Below, in pieces: positions 8,873-17,218 of a DNA stretch of 34,313 nt (positions are counted from its first letter, which is position 1; each line of letters begins with the position of its first letter). Under the pieces are notes generated by a model that saw only the letters and a program-made list of their open reading frames with translations, was not told where the DNA came from and did not search any database. The position numbers were made by a program, and so were the translations under genes. Origin of the DNA: a virus (lineage: Duplodnaviria; Caudoviricetes); IMG/VR virus record IMGVR_UViG_3300025035_000066, positions 1 to 34,313 of that record. The stretch is one strand, 5' to 3'.

Positions 8873-9173
8873 GCAGATCCGGGACCTGTTGACGCAAGAG
8901 GCGGCGGGGATGCAGCATCAACGCATCCGCCTTCTGACGCTGATCGGTCTGGTGGAAGCGTACCTAGCCGGGGACACGAACGACGCCGAAGAGCGGGCGC
9001 TGTGGCTGAACAGGCGGCGGGCGTGGCTGATGGAACTGGCCGCCATTGAGATATTCCTGGGGCTACCCCGCAGCATCCCGCCCAAGGCGCTGAGGCGTGA
9101 CAGCCGCATAGCCCACGGGGAGGACAGGCGCAACGGGCGGGGGCCGGATAGACGGGGGGCGGAACCGAGATAG
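8862..9173 (+). CDS. Hypothetical protein
   Basis: 103 aa, GGAGG RBS, overlaps the portal stop. Confidence 0.55.
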   Translation: MSTEQIRDLLTQEAAGMQHQRIRLLTLIGLVEAYLAGDTNDAEERALWLNRRRAWLMELAAIEIFLGLPRSIPPKALRRDSRIAHGEDRRNGRGPDRRGAEPR

Positions 9174-9192
9174 AGGCGTGATTCTGGACCAC

Positions 9193-9222
9193 TTGACAGA
9201 ACCCACAAAGCCGTGCTATGAT
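9193..9222 (+). promoter_or_regulatory. Sigma70-type promoter with extended -10
   Basis: TTGACA (9193-9198), 18 bp, TATGAT (9217-9222) preceded by TGc. Confidence 0.75.
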
Positions 9223-9271
9223 TGTAACGAACACCTAACCAAACACCTGCCCGCTCCCGGTTCAACAACCC

Positions 9272-9313
9272 GCGGCGAGAGACACAGCAATGTGTCACTC
9301 GCCGCTTTTTTTT
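9272..9313 (+). terminator. Strong intrinsic terminator in the head-operon leader
   Basis: GCGGCGAG-A-GACACA [GCAA] TGTGTC-A-CTCGCCGC followed by T8. Confidence 0.85.
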
Positions 9314-9337
9314 GCCCTCCATCCTGGAGACAACGCC

Positions 9338-10576
9338 ATGAATCTTGACAACCAGATTTTTGAACACCCCGCCAAAGTCCTCACCGTCGCAGAGACGGGC
9401 GACCTGCTTGCCCTTGTCAAGCAGAGCCACGCCCTGGACGCCGCAAGTCTTACCGAGTACCCCCCCTTCTTCTTCCGGGCCGAGATTTCCAGCGACCGGT
9501 TGGACAGCTACTTCACCCGTATGCACGAAACCTCTCTCGTCAACTACGCACAGGACGCCGCCACGGGCATCTCCTTCCAAAATAGTCACAACCACCACGA
9601 GATGGGCTTCGGACGTTCCCTGACGGGCTTGTTCGTGCCTGGGGAGGACGTGGACACCGTGCTGGCCGACTTCTACACCGTGCGGGGTCTGACGCTGAAC
9701 GGCATCAACACGGACCACCTCATCACCGGCATCCGCACGGGGCTGGTGAAGGACGTCAGCATCGGCTTCTACGGGGGCGAATACATCTGCTCCATCTGCG
9801 GGCGGGACCTGTGGGATTGGGACTGCACCCACGTTCCCGGATTCAAGTACGCACCCCCTGACGAGAAGGGCAACAAGGGGGAAGAGGAACTGGCCTTCGC
9901 CTGGGTACGGGACGCCCATCTTGCGGAAGTGTCAGCCGTGTATGACGGGGCCACGCCTGGGGCGGCCATCTTGAAGGCGCAGCAGGAATCGGAGGCGGGT
10001 CGGTTATCCCCGGAAAAGGCACGGATATTGGAGAGTCGCTATCGTATCGCTTTGCCCGGCAAGCGCCAGCAGTGGGCCGGGGCCAATCTATCGCAGGAGG
10101 AATCAATGACGAAAGACACGAAGAACGAGAAGGACATGCAGGACCCGCAGGAGGAGGAGCGCTTTGCCGTCCTGCAACGCATGGAGAGCGCCCTGGAGTC
10201 CGTGGCCGGGGCCAACGTGGAGGCGAAGCTGGCTGGTCTGCTGGCCGAACGCACGAGCACCGCCCAGCGGGTCAAGGATCTGGCCGGCGAGGTCGCCACC
10301 CTGAAGCCCCTGGCCGAGGACGGGCACACCTATCGGGCCGATCTGGTTTCCACCGCCCTGGCCGAAGGGGTTCGGGCCTATGGGGGGACCTTTGACGAGG
10401 CCACCTACCGCAAGCTGCTGGAAGCCTCGGATCTGACCGTGGTCAAGCGGCTGCGGGACGACTGGACGCTGATTGCCGAGGGTCGCTTCCCCGGGGGCCG
10501 CCAGACCAAAGACGGCCACGACGCAGGTGCCGTCTCCACTGAGGCCACCATTCCCGCTGCGGCCTATCGGGCCTAG
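9338..10576 (+). CDS. Prohead protease fused to a scaffold domain
   Basis: ATG 9338 after GGAGA; SFQNSHNH, KDVSIGF, CSICG...C.HVPG, AEVSAVYDGA protease motifs; coiled-coil C-terminus. Confidence 0.85.
   Translation: MNLDNQIFEHPAKVLTVAETGDLLALVKQSHALDAASLTEYPPFFFRAEISSDRLDSYFTRMHETSLVNYAQDAATGISFQNSHNHHEMGFGRSLTGLFVPGEDVDTVLADFYTVRGLTLNGINTDHLITGIRTGLVKDVSIGFYGGEYICSICGRDLWDWDCTHVPGFKYAPPDEKGNKGEEELAFAWVRDAHLAEVSAVYDGATPGAAILKAQQESEAGRLSPEKARILESRYRIALPGKRQQWAGANLSQEESMTKDTKNEKDMQDPQEEERFAVLQRMESALESVAGANVEAKLAGLLAERTSTAQRVKDLAGEVATLKPLAEDGHTYRADLVSTALAEGVRAYGGTFDEATYRKLLEASDLTVVKRLRDDWTLIAEGRFPGGRQTKDGHDAGAVSTEATIPAAAYRA
10106..10576 (+). CDS. Nested in-frame scaffolding protein
   Basis: AGGAGG-aatca-ATG at 10106, in frame, at the protease/coiled-coil boundary. 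Confidence 0.6.
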   Translation: MTKDTKNEKDMQDPQEEERFAVLQRMESALESVAGANVEAKLAGLLAERTSTAQRVKDLAGEVATLKPLAEDGHTYRADLVSTALAEGVRAYGGTFDEATYRKLLEASDLTVVKRLRDDWTLIAEGRFPGGRQTKDGHDAGAVSTEATIPAAAYRA

Positions 10577-10579
10577 TTC

Positions 10580-10609
10580 GCACGTATTTGCACGTATGCC
10601 TGCACGTAT
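10580..10609. repeat. Three direct repeats of GCACGTAT
   Basis: Copies at 10580, 10590 and 10602 in the gap before the decoration gene. Confidence 0.8.
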
Positions 10610-10634
10610 TCGCATGAGTTCAAGGAGCTAAACA

Positions 10635-11060
10635 ATGGCAGATCCACGCAACACCATTTCGTTTGAGGGCATCGGGGAGGAGCGAGTCACCTACCTGATC
10701 GACGACGACACCATCACCTACGATGCCACCAAGACCAACGGCAGCGCCCAGGTCGGGCTGGCTGTCACCCTCAGCGCCGCCAGGACCGTGGCCCTGGTCG
10801 CCGACGCCGAAGCTGTGATCGGGAAGCTACTCCGGGTCGAGGCCGACGACAAGGCTGTGGTCCAGGTCGGCGGGTACATGACCCTGCCGGGCGGAACCAG
10901 CGCCACCCTCACCCTGGGTACGCCCATCGTTGGCGATCTGCTGGACACCGCCAAGGGCTACATCCGCAGCGCCGCCAGCGGTGCAGCCGCTGAACTTCTG
11001 GTGGCCAAGGGCGCCATCATGGACGCCAGCGTCACCACGGCTGTGGTCGTCAAGTTCTAG
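10635..11060 (+). CDS. Head decoration / cement protein
   Basis: 141 aa, Ala/Val/Thr/Gly-rich beta protein between scaffold and capsid; AAGGAG RBS. Confidence 0.7.
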   Translation: MADPRNTISFEGIGEERVTYLIDDDTITYDATKTNGSAQVGLAVTLSAARTVALVADAEAVIGKLLRVEADDKAVVQVGGYMTLPGGTSATLTLGTPIVGDLLDTAKGYIRSAASGAAAELLVAKGAIMDASVTTAVVVKF

Positions 11061-11113
11061 GGGCCGGGACTTCCCGTCAACCTTCTCAAGTTCTAGATTC
11101 AAGGAGACAAGCA

Positions 11114-12328
11114 ATGGCAGACATCAGCACTCGACCCGGCCCGCAAGAACTGTTCCGGCAGTTGGGACCGGACATGTATCGTCAGGCGTACAAACGGGGC
11201 ATGTCCCTGTCGGCCTGGCTGGAAACCCAGGACCCGTCTGGTCCCTACAAGGATGGGCTGGACGCCTTTTCCCGTGTGATGATGCAGGCCGGCATCGTCA
11301 CCACCTCTGACCCCAATGTCGGCTATTTCGCTGACAAGTTCGAGCGTTTCTTCGAGACGCCTCAGACCCGGGCCCTGTTGCCCGAGTGGGTGTCCCGGCG
11401 CTGGAAGGAAGCGGCCACCGGGCGACCGGTGATGACCCGTGGGGTCTACGGCAGCGACGACTCCGTGGTGGGCAGCCTGTCCAATTCCTATGTGGACAAC
11501 GCCACGGCGCGCTGGAGCCAGATGATCGCCCCGGCCATCCCCATCGCCAACCTGGTGGCTCTGACCACCCCCATCGACGGCAACACCTACCGCTCTACCT
11601 ACCTGACCAACGATGCCACGGCGCAGCGCATGGTGCGGGTGGGCGAGTCGGCCAGCATCCCGACCGCCAAGCTGACCCAGAGCGACAAGACCATCCAGCT
11701 CTACAAGTTTGGGCGGGGCCTGCTCTCCACCTATGAGGTGCTGCGCCGGATGCGGATCGACCGCATCGCATTGCACATTGCGCAGATGGCGATCCAGGCC
11801 GAGACCGACAAGCTGGCCGCCATCATGGACGTGATCGTGAACGGGGACGGCAACCCCTCCACCGGGGCTACCAACTACAACCTGACCACGTTGGACACCG
11901 CCGCCAGCGCGGGAACCTTGACCCTCAAGGGCTGGCTGGCCTTCAAGATGAAGTTCGCCAACCCCTACAGCATCACGACCGCCCTGGCGACCGAGGCGAC
12001 TGCGTTGCAGATGCTGCTCCTGAACACGGGCAGCGGCAACACGCCCCTGGTCAGCATCCAGGGACAGGCGGGCTTTGGCAGCTTCAACCAGATCAACACG
12101 GGTCTACGGGACGGGGTGGCTATGGGCTGGACCAGTGAAGCGCCCAGCTTGAAAGTCGTCGCCATCGACAATCGGTTCGCCATCGAGCGGGTCTACGAGA
12201 TGGGGGCCAACATCCAGGAGACGGAGCGCTTCATCCAGAATCAGACCGAGCTGATCACCTTCACCGAGGTCGAGGGTTATGCGGTCATCGACCCGAATGC
12301 CCTGAAAACGCTCGATATCAACGCATAA
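11114..12328 (+). CDS. Major capsid protein (HK97 fold)
   Basis: 404 aa; RVGESASIP, KTIQLYKFGRGL..TYEVLRR, VIVNGDGN; strong codon bias and AAGGAG RBS. Confidence 0.88.
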   Translation: MADISTRPGPQELFRQLGPDMYRQAYKRGMSLSAWLETQDPSGPYKDGLDAFSRVMMQAGIVTTSDPNVGYFADKFERFFETPQTRALLPEWVSRRWKEAATGRPVMTRGVYGSDDSVVGSLSNSYVDNATARWSQMIAPAIPIANLVALTTPIDGNTYRSTYLTNDATAQRMVRVGESASIPTAKLTQSDKTIQLYKFGRGLLSTYEVLRRMRIDRIALHIAQMAIQAETDKLAAIMDVIVNGDGNPSTGATNYNLTTLDTAASAGTLTLKGWLAFKMKFANPYSITTALATEATALQMLLLNTGSGNTPLVSIQGQAGFGSFNQINTGLRDGVAMGWTSEAPSLKVVAIDNRFAIERVYEMGANIQETERFIQNQTELITFTEVEGYAVIDPNALKTLDINA

Positions 12329-12338
12329 GGGGGGAGCC

Positions 12339-12761
12339 ATGTCCTACGTGACCGTGCGTAGCGCCACCGGGGACGACCGGGTGGTGCTGTGGGAGCGGGA
12401 TCCCCGTCACCCGGACGGCGAGGTGTTCGTCGCCGGGGACACTCCTGTGCAAGCGGGCCTGACCCAAGCGGTGACCAACCGTATCCGGGACGGGCTGCTC
12501 GATGTGGTGGAAACGGGACAGGCGCAAGCGGAGAGTGAGGCGGGGCCGGAAGTGGGGCCAACCTCGCCTCTCCCCGCCCTGGCCGACGTGGTGGGCGAGA
12601 AAAACGAAGCCCTGCTCAACGGTATCCGCATCTTTTCGGTGGAAGAGTTGGCCGACGCTGACCCGGACCTGTTGGACGGTATCAAGGGCGTGGGCCGGAT
12701 AACCGCCGACGACTGGATCGCCAAGGCTCTGGCTATTCTCAACGACAAGGAGAAACCATGA
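12339..12761 (+). CDS. Helix-hairpin-helix domain protein
   Basis: C-terminal IFSVEELADADPDLLDGIKGVGRITADDWI HhH motif. Confidence 0.7.
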   Translation: MSYVTVRSATGDDRVVLWERDPRHPDGEVFVAGDTPVQAGLTQAVTNRIRDGLLDVVETGQAQAESEAGPEVGPTSPLPALADVVGEKNEALLNGIRIFSVEELADADPDLLDGIKGVGRITADDWIAKALAILNDKEKP

Positions 12762-13357
12762 ATCTCAATAGACAGAAATATGGGCGGGCGGGGGTGATCC
12801 TCGCCCTGATCCTGGCCCTGGCCCTGGCCGGGTGCGTCCAGTCTATCCCGACAGGCGAGGGCAGCCAACCTATTCACGTGGTCATCGACAATGCCGCCGA
12901 GGTGGGCGAGCAGTCGGTCAACTGGACTGCCCAGCCGGAAGAGGGGGGCAGCCGGGCCGTGGCTCCCAGCGGGGCCAGTGAGACCGGGTTCAACAACATG
13001 CAGGTGACCGGCTATGTGGATGTGCAGACGAATCTCTACGTGGGGGACTGGGTGCATATCTTCACGCAGACGCCCATCGCCGTGACGGACGGGGCGGTGA
13101 TCACGCCGACCGGAACCTATCAACCTTTGACCAGCGCCGGAAGCGTGACGGCCACCCTTACGACTTCCTCGGACTTCGTGACTGCCGGGGATGTACTGGT
13201 GCTCATCAACGCCAATAGCACCGTGACCAGTACCGTCAACATCGTGGATAGCGGAACGGCCATGCTTACCGCCGCCGCCGCCCTGGGCCAGTACGACAGC
13301 TTGACCCTATGGTTTGACGGCACGAATTGGATCGAACTCAGCCGGGCAAACAACTAG
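12758..13357 (+). CDS. Predicted lipoprotein with a Thr-rich beta domain
   Basis: Basic N-terminus, hydrophobic core and lipobox LAG-C (Cys26); AAGGAG RBS; ATGA overlap. Confidence 0.65.
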   Translation: MNLNRQKYGRAGVILALILALALAGCVQSIPTGEGSQPIHVVIDNAAEVGEQSVNWTAQPEEGGSRAVAPSGASETGFNNMQVTGYVDVQTNLYVGDWVHIFTQTPIAVTDGAVITPTGTYQPLTSAGSVTATLTTSSDFVTAGDVLVLINANSTVTSTVNIVDSGTAMLTAAAALGQYDSLTLWFDGTNWIELSRANN

Positions 13358-13376
13358 ACCAGCAAGGGGCTGACCC

Positions 13377-13817
13377 GTGGCAATCCTCACCAGCACATCC
13401 TATCCAGCTATCCGGCAGGCTCTCCACGTCTCTCTGACGCCCGAGAGTCTGCCGGATGCCATGATCTCCCTGGACATCTACATGGGTGCGGCGGAGGCCG
13501 AGGTGGTGCGTCGTGACCCGCTTGCTGCCAGCCGGACGGGGGCGGAATTGCTCCACATAAAGAACGCTATCATCTTCTTGGTGGCGGCCTATCTTGCCCC
13601 GGCCATCGAGATGGTGCTGTCTGAATCCATCCCAGGGGGCGGGTACAGATACCAGCGCCCGGAAGTAAACTGGAAAGATCGGGCTGAGTCGCTCATGGCC
13701 CGCTACGAAAGTGAACTGGCGGCGGTGCTTGCCCCGGTCGGATCGGACGAGGCCCGCAGCAGCAGCGCCCGCCCCACCTTCTTCGGGGTAGCATCGAGGG
13801 TGTATACCAATGGCTGA
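13377..13817 (+). CDS. Head-tail connector/adaptor protein
   Basis: 146 aa helical (YPAIRQAL...LPDAMI...AAEAEV...NAIIFLVAAYLAP); position after the capsid genes. Confidence 0.6.
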   Translation: MAILTSTSYPAIRQALHVSLTPESLPDAMISLDIYMGAAEAEVVRRDPLAASRTGAELLHIKNAIIFLVAAYLAPAIEMVLSESIPGGGYRYQRPEVNWKDRAESLMARYESELAAVLAPVGSDEARSSSARPTFFGVASRVYTNG

Positions 13818-14295
13818 GTCGCTTTGGGTGGGGATTGACACCTTTTACAAAACCGCTCTTCTGGCTGACCTGGGCGTGACCAGCGGGTTGACGACTCACG
13901 TGATCACGGAAGTGGTAAACACCGCCGAATGGGAACCCAAACAGTGGACACTGCCGGTCGCCATCGTGAACGGGGAGACGGGCCGGATTGGCCCACGTGG
14001 GCACGCAGACGGCACACAGCACGCCGAGATCGTTTACCCGTATGTCCTGGGGGCGTTGATGCTTTCCAGCACGTATGAGGGGGCCAGAGAAGGGGCCAAG
14101 ACCCTGGGCCATCGACTGATGGGGAGCGCCCTGAAGAACTTTGCCTGTGGGGGCCTGGCCAACGATGCCGGCACCGAACGGGTGCAAAACACACAGCCCG
14201 GCCATGTGGAACATTTCGTGTGGCCGTCCGAGGGCAACCGAAACCATTTTTTCGGCCTGGCCCGGCTTGACATAGACGTACACGCCACGAGGTAG
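13810..14295 (+). CDS. Neck / tail terminator-like protein
   Basis: 161 aa; LPVAIV motif and terminal beta strand; upstream of the tail tube gene. Confidence 0.5.
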   Translation: MAESLWVGIDTFYKTALLADLGVTSGLTTHVITEVVNTAEWEPKQWTLPVAIVNGETGRIGPRGHADGTQHAEIVYPYVLGALMLSSTYEGAREGAKTLGHRLMGSALKNFACGGLANDAGTERVQNTQPGHVEHFVWPSEGNRNHFFGLARLDIDVHATR

Positions 14296-14299
14296 CACC

Positions 14300-14677
14300 A
14301 TGATTGTCTTCTGCGCCGACCCACTCGCCAAAATCTATGACACCTACGCCCAGGCCGTTGCGACGGATCGACTGGTATTTGGCCAGGCATACACCGTGCC
14401 CGACGCCCTGGGCGAGAGACTTCTGGCCACGGGCAAGTGGACCCAGACCCTACCCGGTCCAATCGCTGGGGCGGCCGTCGAGAAGGTGCCGGGGCTGAGA
14501 AAGATCGACGGCATTGGCCCGCGGCGCTTGGAAGCCCTCGCCGCCCTGGGGATCACCACGCTGCAACACCTGATCGACGCCCACGCTGTGACGGTTGACG
14601 AAGGGATGGACGGGTCAAGCCTGGCGCAAGTCCTGGGCTGGCAAAACGAAGCTAAAAAACTCATTTCTGAGATTTAG
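14300..14677 (+). CDS. Second helix-hairpin-helix domain protein
   Basis: LRKIDGIGPRRLEALAALGITTLQHLIDA motif; GAGGT RBS. Confidence 0.7.
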   Translation: MIVFCADPLAKIYDTYAQAVATDRLVFGQAYTVPDALGERLLATGKWTQTLPGPIAGAAVEKVPGLRKIDGIGPRRLEALAALGITTLQHLIDAHAVTVDEGMDGSSLAQVLGWQNEAKKLISEI

Positions 14678-14686
14678 GGAGGAACT

Positions 14687-15955
14687 ATGAACAAAGAGAC
14701 TGCCAGCTTTGCGATGGGCTTTCAGGCCGCCAAGGGGACTGGGGCGGCGACTCTGATCCGGGGCATTGTGGACGATCACAAGATCGCTCCCAGCTACTCC
14801 ACCATCCGGCGTGAGGCAGAACACCGGGGCAAACACCAACGCCCCAGCGCCAACCAGTCCAGCGGCATGCGGGGGGCTGTGATCGTGCCGTGGTCGGTCA
14901 AGTTTGGTCTTCGCCCACGCATGATCGGGCATGTCCTTCTGTCCAACGGCTACCAGATCGACGCCGAGCAGACGACCGTCACCCTAACTCTTTCGGCGAC
15001 CGGGGGCACGTTCACCCTCACGGTCAAGGCGCAGACGACCGCCGCTATTGCCTTTGACGCCACTGCCCTCGCCGTGGAAGCGGCCCTTGAACTCCTGACG
15101 ACCGTCACCGTGGCCACCGTGACCGGGAGCGATGGGGGGCCGTACCTCATCGTGATCGATACGGGCGTAGACAGCACGACCATGACCGCCGATGGTGCGC
15201 TCCTGACCGGTGGAGACGGGACGGCCATTTTTACCGCTTGGATCAACCAGCACAATTTATCGGAAGCCAACGCAGGGTCAACCGGGTATGTCACGCTCAT
15301 GGAGTACCTGGGGGAAGGTGCGGCACGGTACGGACAGCGGGCCGTGGACGGCAAATCAAACAGCCTCTCCTTCAAGGCCACCGCCGAGGAGTTGACCGTA
15401 GACGTGGGGGGCTTTGCCATCACCCCCGGAGACCCGTCCGGCTCTGAGGTTGAGATCGATGAGGTGGACGTGCTCTTCCACCCGGGGACCGGCCTCTTTA
15501 CGGTGGTCTCGTCCGACCTGACTGCCCTGGGCGTCCCGCTGACCCACGATTGGAAACAGGACAACCCCATCGACGACAAGGTGCAACAACTGCACTCCCT
15601 CTATCGTGCCCGTCTCCCTGAGGGGGGACGAAAGCGAAATGGGACGCTGGGCGGCCTTGTCTTCGCCGAAGATCCGTTCCGTGAAATCATGTATGCCGGG
15701 GGGACGGAGCCTTCTGTGGTCATGCCGGAGGCCTCCCTCAGTTGGTCATGGACCAGTCCGGGCGCGTTCGCCGGTTCGCAAAAATATAGCTTTGCGTGGA
15801 CGTACCCGATCTGTGAGTTTGAGATCCAGCCCGTGGATCTGAGCGGGACCGGGGAAGTTGTCTACTCCGCTGACTATGTGGTGAGCGATACCGAAACCAC
15901 TTCCCCTTCTTCCGTGGTCCTGATCAACGACGTGGCCAGCTACGCCGGGACGTAA
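14687..15955 (+). CDS. Major tail (tube) protein with an inserted surface domain
   Basis: 422 aa beta-rich; GGAGGA RBS; upstream of the tail chaperone; ends VVLINDVASY; insert SATGGTFTLTV... Confidence 0.75.
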   Translation: MNKETASFAMGFQAAKGTGAATLIRGIVDDHKIAPSYSTIRREAEHRGKHQRPSANQSSGMRGAVIVPWSVKFGLRPRMIGHVLLSNGYQIDAEQTTVTLTLSATGGTFTLTVKAQTTAAIAFDATALAVEAALELLTTVTVATVTGSDGGPYLIVIDTGVDSTTMTADGALLTGGDGTAIFTAWINQHNLSEANAGSTGYVTLMEYLGEGAARYGQRAVDGKSNSLSFKATAEELTVDVGGFAITPGDPSGSEVEIDEVDVLFHPGTGLFTVVSSDLTALGVPLTHDWKQDNPIDDKVQQLHSLYRARLPEGGRKRNGTLGGLVFAEDPFREIMYAGGTEPSVVMPEASLSWSWTSPGAFAGSQKYSFAWTYPICEFEIQPVDLSGTGEVVYSADYVVSDTETTSPSSVVLINDVASYAGT

Positions 15956-16109
15956 GCCCGTAGGACGGCCCTAGCGGACTTGGCGGGTCAATCCGCACAA
16001 GTGTTCGCATGGAGCGAGAAGTCGCCAGGGCGGGGCAGGGGCGTAGCGGAGCGGGCAGATAAGCCCGACTTGGGCAAGGGCAAGAAAAACAGGATCGGAA
16101 CTTTCAACC

Positions 16110-16883
16110 GTGGGCAAAAAGAACAGGAAACAGAAACCCATGACCATGCAGCTTTACTTCCGAATGCCCGCCGAGGATGACGGGGGGGTGCAATTCCAAA
16201 TGCTCTCCGCCATCGACCAGGCGCTGAAGGTGGGATTTGATGACCAGGACATCATGGCGCGGATTGAGGAAGCCGAGGCCGAGGCCAAGACCTACCCGGA
16301 CAACATGGAGCTTCTCGCCCATGTCGCCGAGCTTCGGGCAGAGCATGAGGCCATGAAAGTTGCCTTTGAGAACCTGCCGGCAGAGCGTGAAAAGATTCTC
16401 GCCGGACTGCCTGAATTGGAGTGGATACAGATCACATGCCACGAGCTGGCCCGCATGGACTTTGCCCACTATGAGTCTTTGTGGAATGAGGCTCGTGACT
16501 ACTTTGAGGCCGAGACTGGGCTGAAGATTGACGCCAAGGTTGATCAGGAGTCAGAGGTGGGCCGGTTCCGCCGTTCGCTGTTGCTCCGGGCCGGGATGTT
16601 GGCCAGCGTGAAACACAAGACCAACTTTCGGGAGGGGACCACTGCCTATTACGCAGACACATGCACCCTCGTCGCCGGCCAGACGCCTAACGATGACACG
16701 GTATGGAGTCACACGCAGATCCCCGCCGATTGGACCACGCCCGATGGGATGCTCAATGAAATGCCGTGGATCTTGTTCAATCATTGGGCAGAGTTAGCCC
16801 ATACGGTCAACGCCGGGATCTTGCCTCTTGCACCGGATTTTTTAGCCGGGGAGCGCGTAGCGATCCCGTCCCTGAAGAGATAG
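16110..16883 (+). CDS. Tail assembly chaperone (G-like)
   Basis: Between tail tube and tape measure; slippery site near the 3' end; alternative start ATG 16140. Confidence 0.7.
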   Translation: MGKKNRKQKPMTMQLYFRMPAEDDGGVQFQMLSAIDQALKVGFDDQDIMARIEEAEAEAKTYPDNMELLAHVAELRAEHEAMKVAFENLPAEREKILAGLPELEWIQITCHELARMDFAHYESLWNEARDYFEAETGLKIDAKVDQESEVGRFRRSLLLRAGMLASVKHKTNFREGTTAYYADTCTLVAGQTPNDDTVWSHTQIPADWTTPDGMLNEMPWILFNHWAELAHTVNAGILPLAPDFLAGERVAIPSLKR

Positions 16884-17218
16884 CCCGGCAGATTGACGCC
16901 GAGCGGGAAGCGATGGACGCCGCGCTAGCGACGCTGATTCTGCCAGACAAGGAAGCGACCGAGAAGCCGCCCACCCTGGCAGAGATTGAGGCCGAGGCGG
17001 GAAAATGGCACTTGGCCAGGCCGGAACATTTGGATCTATTCATCCTGTACCGGTCGATGGGCGGGGGCGGTGAATCCCTGTATGACCTGTGGAAGCTGAT
17101 GCAGGAACCAGGGAGCGCCGCCCTTTTGCACGATTTCGCCATCCTGGGCCAGCGGCTGAAACGGCTAAAGGCGAGGGATAAGGCAAGGAAAGCCAAGGAA
17201 AAGGGGAAGGGCAAATGA
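16838..17218 (+). CDS. Tail chaperone -1 frameshift extension (GT-like)
   Basis: T TTT TTA heptamer at 16838-16844 in the correct phase; -1 frame open to TGA at 17218. Confidence 0.75.
   Translation, partial: FFSRGARSDPVPEEIARQIDAEREAMDAALATLILPDKEATEKPPTLAEIEAEAGKWHLARPEHLDLFILYRSMGGGGESLYDLWKLMQEPGSAALLHDFAILGQRLKRLKARDKARKAKEKGKGK

Noticed and set aside
5172-9919. Long minus-strand ORFs (5172..6134, 7658..8407, 8918..9919)
   Set aside because: Shadow frames of GC3-rich + strand genes with no motifs.
15956-16109. Structured RNA or 66-aa ORF between tail tube and chaperone
   Set aside because: Only short imperfect hairpins, no T-tract, and the ORF has a TTG start with low-complexity sequence.
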